DNA of 64,000 nt from Octopus vulgaris (GCA_951406725.2 OX597817.1:41044001-41108000), one strand, 5' to 3'; positions 27,401 through 41,734 are shown, counted from the stretch's first letter. Made by a program: numbers and translations. Notes: generated by a model not told the origin, from the letters alone.

Positions 27401-30400
27401 GTAAACAGAGTGGCGACTAGGGGGATCAGAATAATAATAATTAATAAATAATAATAATAAATAGAGATACGGATGAATTAAAGTTCAAAGATTTCTTATC
27501 TTGAGATCACTTCGTTTACGGACAGACTTGGCAAAAGGAATTCGGAATCAAGAATGAGGCAGTTTACTAGTTTAAGTATGCAATAGCCATGGCGGGTGGT
27601 AGGAAGAGAGGAGTCCAGACAGACGACAATGTAACAAGAGGGGGAGAGAAGGGAAGAGAAAAAGAAAAACCCCGCGAAGAATCGGCAGCCAATTTCTATA
27701 AGGGAGATAGATCTTAAAAAATATCAATAATGATAACTAGTGAATTATACAGAATATGCAAAACGAGGCGAGATGAGGCGAGGCTGAAATAGTAAACAGA
27801 GTGGCGACTAGGGGGATCAGAATAATAATAATTAATAAATAATAATAATAAATAGAGATACGGATGAATTAAAGTTCAAAGATTTCTTATCTTGAGATCA
27901 CTTCGTTTACGGACAGACTTGGCAAAAGGAATTCGGAATCAAGAATGAGGCAGTTTACTAGTTTAAGTATGCAATAGCCATGGCGGGTGGTAGGAAGAGA
28001 GGAGTCCAGACAGACGACAATGTAACAAGAGGGGGAGAGAAGGGAAGAGAAAAAGAAAAACCCCGCGAAGAATCGGCAGCCAATTTCTATAAGGGAGATA
28101 GATCTTAAAAAAATATCAATAATGATAACTAGTGAATTATACAGAATATGCAAAACGAGGCGAGGCGAGGCGAGGCTGAAATAGTAAACAGAGTGGCGAC
28201 TAGGGGGATCAGAATAATAATAATTAATAAATAATAATAATAAATAGAGATACGGATGAATTAAAGTTCAAAGATTTCTTATCTTGAGATCACTTCGTTT
28301 ACGGACAGACTTGGCAAAAGGAATTCGGAATCAAGAATGAGGCAGTTTACTAGTTTAAGTATGCAATAGCCATGGCGGGTGGTAGGAAGAGAGGAGTCCA
28401 GACAGACGACAATGTAACAAGAGGGGGAGAGAAGGGAAGAGAAAAAGAAAAACCCCGCGAAGAATCGGCAGCCAATTTCTATAAGGGAGATAGATCTTAA
28501 AAAATATCAATAATGATAACTAGTGAATTATACAGAATATGCAAAACGAGGCGAGGCGAGGCGAGGCTGAAATAGTAAACAGAGTGGCGACTAGGGGGAT
28601 CAGAATAATAATAATTAATAAATAATAATAATAAATAGAGATACGGATGAATTAAAGTTCAAAGATTTCTTATCTTGAGATCACTTCGTTTACGGACAGA
28701 CTTGGCAAAAGGAATTCGAAATCAAGAATGAGGCAGTTTACTAGTTTAAGTATGCAATAGCCATGGCGGGTGGTAGGAAGAGAGGAGTCCAGACAGACGA
28801 CAATGTAACAAGAGGGGGAGAGAAGGGAAGAGAAAAAGAAAAACCCCGCGAAGAATCGGCAGCCAATTTCTATAAGGGAGATAGATCTTAAAAAATATCA
28901 ATAATGATAACTAGTGAATTATACAGAATATGCAAAACGAGGCGAGGCGAGGCGAGGCTGAAATAGTAAACAGAGTGGCGACTAGGGGGATCAGAATAAT
29001 AATAATTAATAAATAATAATAATAAATAGAGATACGGATGAATTAAAGTTCAAAGATTTCTTATCTTGAGATCACTTCGTTTACGGACAGACTTGGCAAA
29101 AGGAATTCGGAATCAAGAATGAGGCAGTTTACTAGTTTAAGTATGCAATAGCCATGGCGGGTGGTAGGAAGAGAGGAGTCCAGACAGACGACAATGTAAC
29201 AAGAGGGGAGAGAAGGGAAGAGAAAAAGAAAAACCCCGCGAAGAATCGGCAGCCAATTTCTATAAGGGAGATAGATCTTAAAAAATATCAATAATGATAA
29301 CTAGTGAATTATACAGAATATACAAAACGAGGCGAGGCGAGGCGAGGCTGAAATAGTAAACAGAGTGGCGACTAGGGTGATCAGAATAATAATAATTAAT
29401 AAATAATAATAATAAATAGAGATACGGATGAATTAAAGTTCAAAGATTTCTTATCTTGAGATCACTTCGTTTACGGACAGACTTGGCAAAAGGAATTCGG
29501 AATCAAGAATGAGGCAGTTTACTAGTTTAAGTATGCAATAGCCATGGCGGGTGGTAGGAAGAGAGGAGTCCAGACAGACGACAATGTAACAAGAGGGGGA
29601 GAGAAGGGAAGAGAAAAAGAAAAACCCCGCGAAGAATCGGCAGCCAATTTCTATAAGGGAGATAGATCTTAAAAAATATCAATAATGATAACTAGTGAAT
29701 TATACAGAATATGCAAAACGAGGCGAGGCGAGGCTGAAATAGTAAACAGAGTGGCGACTAGGGGGATCAGAATAATAATAATTAATAAATAATAATAATA
29801 AATAGAGATACGGATGAATTAAAGTTCAAAGATTTCTTATCTTGAGATCACTTCGTTTACGGACAGACTTGGCAAAAGGAATTCGGAATCAAGAATGAGG
29901 CAGTTTACTAGTTTAAGTATGCAATAGCCATGGCGGGTGGTAGGAAGAGAGGAGTCCAGACAGACGACAATGTAACAAGAGGGGAGAGAAGGGAAGAGAA
30001 AAAGAAAAACCCCGCGAAGAATCGGCAGCCAATTTCTATAAGGGAGATAGATCTTAAAAAATATCAATAATGATAACTAGTGAATTATACAGAATATGCA
30101 AAACGAGGCGAGGCGAGGCGAGGCTGAAATAGTAAACAGAGTGGCGACTAGGGGGATCAGAATAATAATAATTAATAAATAATAATAATAAATAGAGATA
30201 CGGATGAATTAAAGTTCAAAGATTTCTTATCTTGAGATCACTTCGTTTACGGACAGACTTGGCAAAAGGAATTCGGAATCAAGAATGAGGCAGTTTACTA
30301 GTTTAAGTATGCAATAGCCATGGCGGGTGGTAGGAAGAGAGGAGTCCAGACAGACGACAATGTAACAAGAGGGGGAGAGAAGGGAAGAGAAAAAGAAAAA

Positions 30401-33400
30401 CAAAGATTTCTTATCTTGAGATCACTTCGTTTACGGACAGACTTGGCAAAAGGAATTCGGAATCAAGAATGAGGCAGTTTACTAGTTTAAGTATGCAATA
30501 GCCATGGCGGGTGGTAGGAAGAGAGGAGTCCAGACAGACGACAATGTAACAAGAGGGGAGAGAAGGGAAGAGAAAAAGAAAAACCCCGCGAAGAATCGGC
30601 AGCCAATTTCTATAAGGGAGATAGATCTTAAAAAATATCAATAATGATAACTAGTGAATTATACAGAATATGCAAAACGAGGCGAGGCGAGGCGAGGCTG
30701 AAATAGTAAACAGAGTGGCGACTAGGGGGATCAGAATAATAATAATTAATAAATAATAATAATAAATAGAGATACGGATGAATTAAAGTTCAAAGATTTC
30801 TTATCTTGAGATCACTTCGTTTACGGACAGACTTGGCAAAAGGAATTCGGAATCAAGAATGAGGCAGTTTACTAGTTTAAGTATGCAATAGCCATGGCGA
30901 AGTATGCAATAGCCATGGCGGGTGGTAGGAAGAGAGGAGTCCAGACAGACGACAATGTAACAAGAGGGGGAGAGAAGGGAAGAGAAAAAGAAAAACCCCG
31001 CGAAGAATCGGCAGCCAATTTCTATAAGGGAGATAGATCTTAAAAAAATATCAATAATGATAACTAGTGAATTATACAGAATATGCAAAACGAGGCGAGG
31101 CGAGGCGAGGCTGAAATAGTAAACAGAGTGGCGACTAGGGGGATCAGAATAATAATAATTAATAAATAATAATAATAAATAGAGATACGGGATGAATTAA
31201 AGTTCAAAGATTTCTTATCTTGAGATCACTTCGTTTACGGACAGACTTGGCAAAAGGAATTCGGAATCAAGAATGAGGCAGTTTACTAGTTTAAGTATGC
31301 AATAGCCATGGCGGGTGGTAGGAAGAGAGGAGTCCAGACAGACGACAATGTAACAAGAGGGGGAGAGAAGGGAAGAGAAAAAGAAAAACCCCGCGAAGAA
31401 TCGGCAGCCAATTTCTATAAGGGAGATAGATCTTAAAAAATATCAATAATGATAACTAGTGAATTATACAGAATATGCAAAACGAGGCGAGGCGAGGCGA
31501 GGCTGAAATAGTAAACAGAGTGGCGACTAGGGGGATCAGAATAATAATAATTAATAAATAATAATAATAAATAGAGATACGGATGAATTAAAGTTCAAAG
31601 ATTTCTTATCTTGAGATCACTTCGTTTACGGACAGACTTGGCAAAAGGAATTCGGAATCAAGAATGAGGCAGTTTACTAGTTTAAGTATGCAATAGCCAT
31701 GGCGGGTGGTAGGAAGAGAGGAGTCCAGACAGACGACAATGTAACAAGAGGGGAGAGAAGGGAAGAGAAAAAGAAAAACCCCGCGAAGAATCGGCAGCCA
31801 ATTTCTATAAGGGAGATAGATCTTAAAAAATATCAATAATGATAACTAGTGAATTATACAGAATATGCAAAACGAGGCGAGGCGAGCGAGGCTGAAATAG
31901 TAAACAGAGTGGCGACTAGGGGGATCAGAATAATAATAATTAATAAATAATAATAATAAATAGAGATACGGATGAATTAAAGTTCAAAGATTTCTTATCT
32001 TGAGATCACTTCGTTTACGGACAGACTTGGCAAAAGGAATTCGGAATCAAGAATGAGGCAGTTTACTAGTTTAAGTATGCAATAGCCATGGCGGGTGGTA
32101 GGAAGAGAGGAGTCCAGACAGACGACAATGTAACAAGAGGGGAGAGAAGGGAAGAGAAAAAGAAAAACCCCGCGAAGAATCGGCAGCCAATTTCTATAAG
32201 GGAGATAGATCTTAAAAAATATCAATAATGATAACTAGTGAATTATACAGAATATGCAAAACGAGGCGAGGCGAGGCGAGGCTGAAATAGTAAACAGAGT
32301 GGCGACTAGGGGGATCAGAATAATAATAATTAATAAATAATAATAATAAATAGAGATACGGATGAATTAAAGTTCAAAGATTTCTTATCTTGAGATCACT
32401 TCGTTTACGGACAGACTTGGCAAAAGGAATTCGGAATCAAGAATGAGGCAGTTTACTAGTTTAAGTATGCAATAGCCATGGCGGGTGGTAGGAAGAGAGG
32501 AGTCCAGACAGACGACAATGTAACAAGAGGGGAGAGAAGGGAAGAGAAAAAGAAAAACCCCGCGAAGAATCGGCAGCCAATTTCTATAAGGGAGATAGAT
32601 CTTAAAAAATATCAATAATGATAACTAGTGAATTATACAGAATATGCAAAACGAGGCGAGGCGAGGCGAGGCTGAAATAGTAAACAGAGTGGCGACTAGG
32701 GGGATCAGAATAATAATAATTAATAAATAATAATAATAAATAGAGATACGGATGAATTAAAGTTCAAAGATTTCTTATCTTGAGATCACTTCGTTTACGG
32801 ACAGACTTGGCAAAAAGGAATTCGGAATCAAGAATGAGGCAGTTTACTAGTTTAAGTATGCAATAGCCATGGCGGGTGGTAGGAAGAGAGGAGTCCAGAC
32901 AGACGACAATGTAACAAGAGGGGGAGAGAAGGGAAGAGAAAAAGAAAAACCCCGCGAAGAATCGGCAGCCAATTTCTATAAGGGAGATAGATCTTAAAAA
33001 ATATCAATAATGATAACTAGTGAATTATACAGAATATGCAAAACGAGGCGAGGCGAGGCGAGGCTGAAATAGTAAACAGAGTGGCGACTAGGGGGATCAG
33101 AATAATAATAATTAATAAATAATAATAATAAATAGAGATACGGATGAATTAAAGTTCAAAGATTTCTTATCTTGAGATCACTTCGTTTACGGACAGACTT
33201 GGCAAAAGGAATTCGGAATCAAGAATGAGGCAGTTTACTAGTTTAAGTATGCAATAGCCATGGCGGGTGGTAGGAAGAGAGGAGTCCAGACAGACGACAA
33301 TGTAACAAGAGGGTGAGAGAAGGGAAGAGAAAAAGAAAAACCCCGCGAAGAATCGGCAGCCAATTTCTATAAGGGAGATAGATCTTAAAAAATATCAATA

Positions 33401-36400
33401 ATGATAACTAGTGAATTATACAGAATATGCAAAACGAGGCGAGGCGAGGCGAGGCTGAAATAGTAAACAGAGTGGCGACTAGGGGGATCAGAATAATAAT
33501 AATTAATAAATAATAATAATAAATAGAGATACGGATGAATTAAAGTTCAAAGATTTCTTATCTTGAGATCACTTCGTTTACGGACAGACTTGGCAAAAGG
33601 AATTCGGAATCAAGAATGAGGCAGTTTACTAGTTTAAGTATGCAATAGCCATGGCGGGTGGTAGGAAGAGAGGAGTCCAGACAGACGACAATGTAACAAG
33701 AGGGGGAGAGAAGGGAAGAGAAAAAGAAAAACCCCGCGAAGAATCGGCAGCCAATTTCTATAAGGGAGATAGATCTTAAAAAAATATCAATAATGATAAC
33801 TAGTGAATTATACAGAATATGCAAAACGAGGCGAGATGAGGCGAGGCTGAAATAGTAAACAGAGTGGCGACTAGGGGGATCAGAATAATAATAATTAATA
33901 AATAATAATAATAAATAGAGATACGGATGAATTAAAGTTCAAAGATTTCTTATCTTGAGATCACTTCGTTTACGGACAGACTTGGCAAAAGGAATTCGGA
34001 ATCAAGAATGAGGCAGTTTACTAGTTTAAGTATGCAATAGCCATGGCGGGTGGTAGGAAGAGAGGAGTCCAGACAGACGACAATGTAACAAGAGGGGAGA
34101 GAAGGAAGAGAAAAAGAAAAACCCCGCGAAGAATCGGCAGCCAATTTCTATAAGGGAGATAGATCTTAAAAAAATATCAATAATGATAACTAGTGAATTA
34201 TACAGAATATGCAAAACGAGGCGAGGCGAGGCGAGGCTGAAATAGTAAACAGAGTGGCGACTAGGGGGATCAGAATAATAATAATTAATAAATAATAATA
34301 ATAAATAGAGATACGGATGAATTAAAGTTCAAAGATTTCTTATCTTGAGATCACTTCGTTTACGGACAGACTTGGCAAAAGGAATTCGGAATCAAGAATG
34401 AGGCAGTTTACTAGTTTAAGTATGCAATAGCCATGGCGGGTGGTAGGAAGAGAGGAGTCCAGACAGACGACAATGTAACAAGAGGGGGAGAGAAGGGAAG
34501 AGAAAAAGAAAAACCCCGCGAAGAATCGGCAGCCAATTTCTATAAGGGAGATAGATCTTAAAAAATATCAATAATGATAACTAGTGAATTATACAGAATA
34601 TGCAAAACGAGGCGAGGCGAGGCGAGGCTGAAATAGTAAACAGAGTGGCGACTAGGGGGATCAGAATAATAATAATTAATAAATAATAATAATAAATAGA
34701 GATACGGATGAATTAAAGTTCAAAGATTTCTTATCTTGAGATCACTTCGTTTACGGACAGACTTGGCAAAAGGAATTCGGAATCAAGAATGAGGCAGTTT
34801 ACTAGTTTAAGTATGCAATAGCCATGGCGGGTGGTAGGAAGAGAGGAGTCCAGACAGACGACAATGTAACAAGAGGGGGAGAGAAGGGAAGAGAAAAAGA
34901 AAACCCCGCGAAGAATCGGCAGCCAATTTCTATAAGGGAGATAGATCTTAAAAAATATCAATAATGATAACTAGTGAATTATACAGAATATGCAAAACGA
35001 GGCGAGGCGAGGCGAGGCTGAAATAGTAAACAGAGTGGCGACTAGGGGGATCAGAATAATAATAATTAATAAATAATAATAATAAATAGAGATACGGATG
35101 AATTAAAGTTCAAAGATTTCTTATCTTGAGATCACTTCGTTTACGGACAGACTTGGCAAAAGGAATTCGGAATCAAGAATGAGGCAGTTTACTAGTTTAA
35201 GTATGCAATAGCCATGGCGGGTGGTAGGAAGAGAGGAGTCCAGACAGACGACAATGTAACAAGAGGGGGAGAGAAGGGAAGAGAAAAAGAAAAACCCCGC
35301 GAAGAATCGGCAGCCAATTTCTATAAGGGAGATAGATCTTAAAAAAATATCAATAATGATAACTAGTGAATTATACAGAATATGCAAAACGAGGCGAGGC
35401 GAGGCGAGGCTGAAATAGTAAACAGAGTGGCGACTAGGGGGATCAGAATAATAATAATTAATAAATAATAATAATAAATAGAGATACGGATGAATTAAAG
35501 TTCAAAGATTTCTTATCTTGAGATCACTTCGTTTACGGACAGACTTGGCAAAAGGAATTCGGAATCAAGAATGAGGCAGTTTACTAGTTTAAGTATGCAA
35601 TAGCCATGGCGGGTGGTAGGAAGAGAGGAGTCCAGACAGACGACAATGTAACAAGAGGGGGAGAGAAGGGAAGAGAAAAAGAAAAACCCCGCGAAGAATC
35701 GGCAGCCAATTTCTATAAGGGAGATAGATCTTAAAATATCAATAATGATAACTAGTGAATTATACAGAATATGCAAAACGAGGCGAGGCGAGGCGAGGCT
35801 GAAATAGTAAACAGAGTGGCGACTAGGGGGATCAGAATAATAATAATTAATAAATAATAATAATAAATAGAGATACGGATGAATTAAAGTTCAAAGATTT
35901 CTTATCTTGAGATCACTTCGTTTACGGACAGACTTGGCAAAAGGAATTCGGAATCAAGAATGAGGCAGTTTACTAGTTTAAGTATGCAATAGCCATGGCG
36001 GGTGGTAGGAAGAGAGGAGTCCAGACAGACGACAATGTAACAAGAGGGGGAGAGAAGGGAAGAGAAAAAGAAAAACCCCGCGAAGAATCGGCAGCCAATT
36101 TCTATAAGGGAGATAGATCTTAAAAATATCAATAATGATAACTAGTGAATTATACAGAATATGCAAAACGAGGCGAGGCGGCGAGGCTGAAATAGTAAAC
36201 AGAGTGGCGACTAGGGGGATCAGAATAATAATAATTAATAAATAATAATAATAAATAGAGATACGGATGAATTAAAGTTCAAAGATTTCTTATCTTGAGA
36301 TCACTTCGTTTACGGACAGACTTGGCAAAAGGAATTCGGAATCAAGAATGAGGCAGTTTACTAGTTTAAGTATGCAATAGCCATGGCGGGTGGTAGGAAG

Positions 36401-38705
36401 AGAGAGTCCAGACAGACGACAATGTAACAAGAGGGGGAGAGAAGGGAAGAGAAAAAGAAAAACCCCGCGAAGAATCGGCAGCCAATTTCTATAAGGGAGA
36501 TAGATCTTAAAAAATATCAATAATGATAACTAGTGAATTATACAGAATATGCAAAACGAGGCGAGGCGAGGCGAGGCTGAAATAGTAAACAGAGTGGCGA
36601 CTAGGGGGATCAGAATAATAATAATTAATAAATAATAATAATAAATAGAGATACGGATGAATTAAAGTTCAAAGATTTCTTATCTTGAGATCACTTCGTT
36701 TACGGACAGACTTGGCAAAAGGAATTCGGAATCAAGAATGAGGCAGTTTACTAGTTTAAGTATGCAATAGCCATGGCGGGTGGTAGGAAGAGGAGTCCAG
36801 ACAGACGACAATGTAACAAGAGGGGGAGAGAAGGGAAGAGAAAAAGAAAACCCCGCGAAGAATCGGCAGCCAATTTCTATAAGGGAGATAGATCTTAAAA
36901 AATATCAATAATGATAACTAGTGAATTATACAGAATATGCAAAACGAGGCGAGGCGAGGCGAGGCTGAAATAGTAAACAGAGTGGCGACTAGGGGGATCA
37001 GAATAATAATAATTAATAAATAATAATAATAAATAGAGATACGGATGAATTAAAGTTCAAAGATTTCTTATCTTGAGATCACTTCGTTTACGGACAGACT
37101 TGGCAAAAGGAATTCGGAATCAAGAATGAGGCAGTTTACTAGTTTAAGTATGCAATAGCCATGGCGGGTGGTAGGAAGAGAGGAGTCCAGACAGACGACA
37201 ATGTAACAAGAGGGGGAGAGAAGGGAAGAGAAAAAGAAAAACCCCGCGAAGAATCGGCAGCCAATTTCTTATAAGGGAGATAGATCTTAAAAAATATCAA
37301 TAATGATAACTAGTGAATTATACAGAATATGCAAAACGAGGCGAGGCGAGGCGAGGCTGAAATAGTAAACAGAGTGGCGACTAGGGGGATCAGAATAATA
37401 ATAATTAATAAATAATAATAATAAATAGAGATACGGATGAATTAAAGTTCAAAGATTTCTTATCTTGAGATCACTTCGTTTACGGACAGACTTGGCAAAA
37501 GGAATTCGGAATCAAGAATGAGGCAGTTTACTAGTTTAAGTATGCAATAGCCATGGCGGGTGGTAGGAAGAGAGGAGTCCAGACAGACGACAATGTAACA
37601 AGAGGGGAGAGAAGGGAAGAGAAAAAGAAAAACCCCGCGAAGAATCGGCAGCCAATTTCTATAAGGGAGATAGATCTTAAAAAAATATCAATAATGATAA
37701 CTAGTGAATTATACAGAATATGCAAAACGAGGCGAGGCGAGGCGAGGCTGAAATAGTAAACAGAGTGGCGACTAGGGGGATCAGAATAATAATAATTAAT
37801 AAATAATAAACAGAGTGGCGACTAGGGGGATCAGAATAATAATAATTAATAAATAATAATAATAAATAGAGATACGGATGAATTAAAGTTCAAAGATTTC
37901 TTATCTTGAGATCACTTCGTTTACGGACAGACTTGGCAAAAGGAATTCGGAATCAAGAATGAGGCAGTTTACTGAAGCTTAAGTATGCATAGCCATGGCG
38001 GGTGGTAGGAAGAGAGGAGTCCAGACAGACGACAATGTAACAAGAGGGGGAGAGAAGGGGAAGAGAAAAACCCCGCGAAGAATCGGCAGCCAATTTCTAT
38101 AAGGGAGATAGATCTTAAAATATCTATAACGATAACTAGTGAATTATACAGAATATGCAAAAAACGAGGCGAGGCTGAAATAGTAAACAGAGTGGCGACT
38201 AAAGTATGGGATCTAGGGGGATCAGAATAATAATAATTAATAAATAATAATAATAAATAGAGATACGGATGAATTAAAGTTCAAAGATTTCTTATCTTGA
38301 GATCACTTCGTTTACGGACAGACTTGGCAAAAGGAATTCGGAATCAAGAATGAGGCAGTTTACTAGCTTAAGTATGCATAGCCATGGCGGGTGGTAGGAA
38401 GAGAGGAGTCCAGACAGACGACAATGTAACAAGAGGGGGGAGAGAAGAGAGAAAAACCCCGCGAAGAATCGGCAACCAATTTCTATAAGGGAGATAGATC
38501 TTAAAATATCTATAACGATAACTAGTGAATTATACAGAATATGCAAAACGAGGCGGAGAGGCTGAAATAGTAAACAGAGTGGCGACTAGGGGGATCAGAA
38601 TAATAATAATTAATAAATAATAATAATAAATAGAGATACGGATGAATTAAAGTTCAAAGACTATCTTGGGATCACTTCGCTTACGGTATGTATTCTGGCA
38701 AAAGG
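18402..38705. repeat. Satellite array of ~52 copies of a 391-bp unit
   Basis: gatcacttcgtttacgg recurs at 18626, 19017, 19408 and onward (period 391). Units differ mostly by homopolymer length. Confidence 0.98.
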
Positions 38706-40167
38706 ATATATATATATATGATGGGTTATCTTAAATATATGTAATACAATAAGATGTAAAAGAAATAACAAGGTAGAATATATTTTTAATATGTACATAT
38801 ATGTATATTATATATATATATATATATATGCTCTTATATAGAATATGATATAAATGGTGTGTGGTGTAAAAGTGTGTGTGTGTGTGTTGTTGTGTGTTGA
38901 TAATGTACACTTAATATATATGTTGCTATATTGAGTAGGACCACTACAGAATAATAGCTATAATTATATAAATAATATCTTTGATAGATACTTGGAATAA
39001 ATTAAAGAAAAGAGTGTGTGGGAACTGTCGCTTGTGCAATGTGTGTGGATGTCCATTTCATATAATGTATGTATAGCTTTATATATTATAATGATAAGAT
39101 AACACATATATTCTTTTTATATGTAAACGGGATTTCTCCAATCTCAGAACTATATGATATAATATTCGATATAAGGATTACATATATGTCCATAAGAAAT
39201 GTATAAATAGTATAGTATATGACAGTATATAATTATATGTTTAACAAATGATGTGTGGTTTGATAGTTGAATAAATATGATAGTAATGTAAGTATGACAA
39301 AATATGGTGTGTCTAAAATTTTCAGTAAATTTGAAGTGTCATATATATATGCGGGACAAATAATATAAGATAAAGAATATATTATTGAAAACTAAAGAGC
39401 TTTGATATAAAATAAAAGTTATAAAAATATCATGAGACATGTTATATGTAATATTAATTAAATGAAGATTGATATATCAACCAATATGTAAGATGCCCTT
39501 TAGAGCAAGAGTAAAGAACAGTGTGTGTCCATGTGTGTGTGTGTGTGTGTTGTGTGTGAAGACTGTGTGATGTGTGTATATTTCAAACACTCAAGTAATA
39601 CACTTAGGAGATGCTTTTATTTAAGTATAGCATAATGTATAAATATAAGTATCTTGCTATTATTACATAAAAGATGTATTTCATATAAAGTATATATATC
39701 AGAATTATACAATAGTGTGTGTGTGTGTGTATGTATATAACATAAGATATTGTCAAATCAAAGAATATTTCAACACACGAGATATATATTATATTTACTA
39801 CCAAATAAAGTTTTCAGCAATATATATATTACCATTCTTATATTATAACATTAATTGAAGGACAACTTTATAATCGATCACAATTTCGAAATGCACAACG
39901 GTATACATATATGTGTGTGTGGTTGATAATTGATTTTTTGCCTGTGTGTGTGTGTGGTGTGTCGGTAAATTATAGAAGATATGCCAATAGTAGAATAGGA
40001 GAATTTATGAAAACTATATGCCAATGACATGAAACATTACAAAAAAAAATTGTCTGACATTTTCTCAAATGATCTTGATTATTCAATTATAATATATTAT
40101 CTTATAATATATCATTATAAGATTGTAAATAAAACGTGAAAATCAGACAAGGTTGGAATTCTTTTTA

Positions 40168-40232
<65 letters not shown>

Positions 40233-40235
<3 letters not shown>

Positions 40236-40446
40236 CATGTGTGTGTGTATATGTTTGTGTATCTGTGTTTGTCTCCCCTACATCGCTTGGTGTATTTATG
40301 TCCCCGTAACTTATCGGTTCGGCAAAAGAGACCGACAGAATAAGTACTAGGCTTACAAAGAATAAGTCCTTTGCTTGACTAAAGGCAGTACTCCAGCATG
40401 GCCACAGTCAGATGACTGAAACAAGTAAAAGAGTAAAGAGTAAAAG
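40233..40446 (+). mobile_element. 3' half of SINE family A
   Basis: Matches 48260-48472 (cggttcggcaaaagagac...gaataagtacta...ccagcatggccacagtca...gaaacaagtaaaagagt). Confidence 0.85.
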
Positions 40447-40689
40447 TGATTATTCGAGTCGACTACTATGTGTGGGGAGCCATTGTGTTCATTCGATGTG
40501 CTAGGAATAGCAACAAAATTCCTGTCACACTACATCTTACCATTTTAAAAAGGAAGGACAACTGGTGAATTCAGTCCTATATGCTTTGTTTGAATATAAG
40601 ATGGGATAACCATAGCTGCAATACTTTGATCAAGAGTCTTCTTGATCAGAGCTGACTTGGGGGCTAAACAACAATAGTAGTTGGTTTGA

Positions 40690-40918
40690 TAACTCTTTTG
40701 ATACCAACCCATCTAAGATTGTCCCCTTATTCTATGACTCAAATTTCTTGTTTTTAAGAGAGCTGAATTAAAACTTTCATCAGAATTTCATGTTAATTTA
40801 TGTTTCAAACACTAGATTAGTAACGACAAAGTAATTTTACTAAATGCTTCATTATTTTCTAAATTAATTGAAAAAAAATCTCTGCCTTTCAAGAAAAATA
40901 TAGTAATAAAAGCGTTAA
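40690..40918. mobile_element. Decayed copy of the piggyBac-type MITE family
   Basis: Shares internal sequence (taccaaccc...ttttactaaat...aattgaaa) with 45103-45320; degenerate ends finishing in TTAA. Confidence 0.65.
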
Positions 40919-41014
40919 TGAGTGTTACTATCAACTTGGAAGTGTTAGAGTTGAGAGCAAGAGACCAGCAGTTGGTATGGTTACAGAGGCTGCTTTTCTT
41001 AAAAATGATATAAA

Positions 41015-41232
41015 GTGTTCTGTTGTGTCTGGGGAGAGTCATTTTCTTTTTGTGCCTTATAATGTAACACACTCACCAGTAAAATTTCCACTTATTTCTT
41101 ATTTTTATTTTCCTAAAATTTTTTGTTGCGTCTTGCAACCTTTTCAATAGTCAAGACTAAATTTTACCAGTGAGTGTGTTAATCATAAGGCACAAAAAGA
41201 AAATGACTCTCTCCAGACACAACAGAATATAC
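41015..41232. repeat. Inverted repeat, ~73-bp arms with ~70-bp spacer
   Basis: tgttgtgtctggggagagtcattttctttttgtgccttat...aacacactcac (41015-41087) versus gtgagtgtgtt...ataaggcacaaaaagaaaatgactctctccagacacaaca (41159-41232). Confidence 0.9.
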
Positions 41233-41615
41233 TTCAACACAACTCATATAAAGAATCTTGCAAACCAAATCCCAAAATGAGATATATAGTGTTTAGATGT
41301 CTTATGTTAAATATTCAGTCAGAAAGACTGAAGTACTTGGTGATGACCATGATTGGAATGCTAACAAAGCCTAACCATTCAAAGAAGTTGAAATGATTAT
41401 TTTTGTCTTGTCTTTCTATAAGTTATTTCAAAGAACTCCTTCAGAATAGTGAATTTAGAAAACTAATGCTATAACATGTATAAAATAACAATCAAAATTT
41501 CAACAATCCAATTAAGTAATTGAAAATTGTGTCCTCTGTACAGAGAAGGTCTTAAGAAGATGTGTTTTTGACAAAGATTTCACGAAAGGAATTGAGGGAG
41601 GTTGGGAATGTTTAC

Positions 41616-41734
41616 CTCTTCGGTGTCCTGCTGTAGAAGAGGCTTCCGTTCTCGTTGCTGTTGCTCTTCTTGGAGAGTTCTCAACGGTTTTACTGCTTTC
41701 GACGCATGGGGGCTAATTGTGGATTTTGGTGTTG
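41616..41734 (-). CDS. KIF13B: Internal coding exon (119 nt)
   Basis: Acceptor ttttccaatttccactttag|CA ACA CCA (phase 1). Reads TPKSTISPHASKAVKPLRTLQEEQQQRERKPLLQQDTEE. Donor GAG|GTAAAC (phase 0) matches the acceptor at 14985. Confidence 0.8.

Noticed and set aside
19470-38546. Many repeated 60-95 aa minus-strand ORFs
   Set aside because: By-products of the 391-bp satellite; frames change with homopolymer length and no domain is recognisable.
18402-38705. CRISPR array, or hammerhead-containing retrozyme array
   Set aside because: No variable spacers and a eukaryotic context. No CUGANGA...GAAA core on either strand of the 391-bp or 157-bp unit (closest is CGGAUGA without stem II/GAAA).
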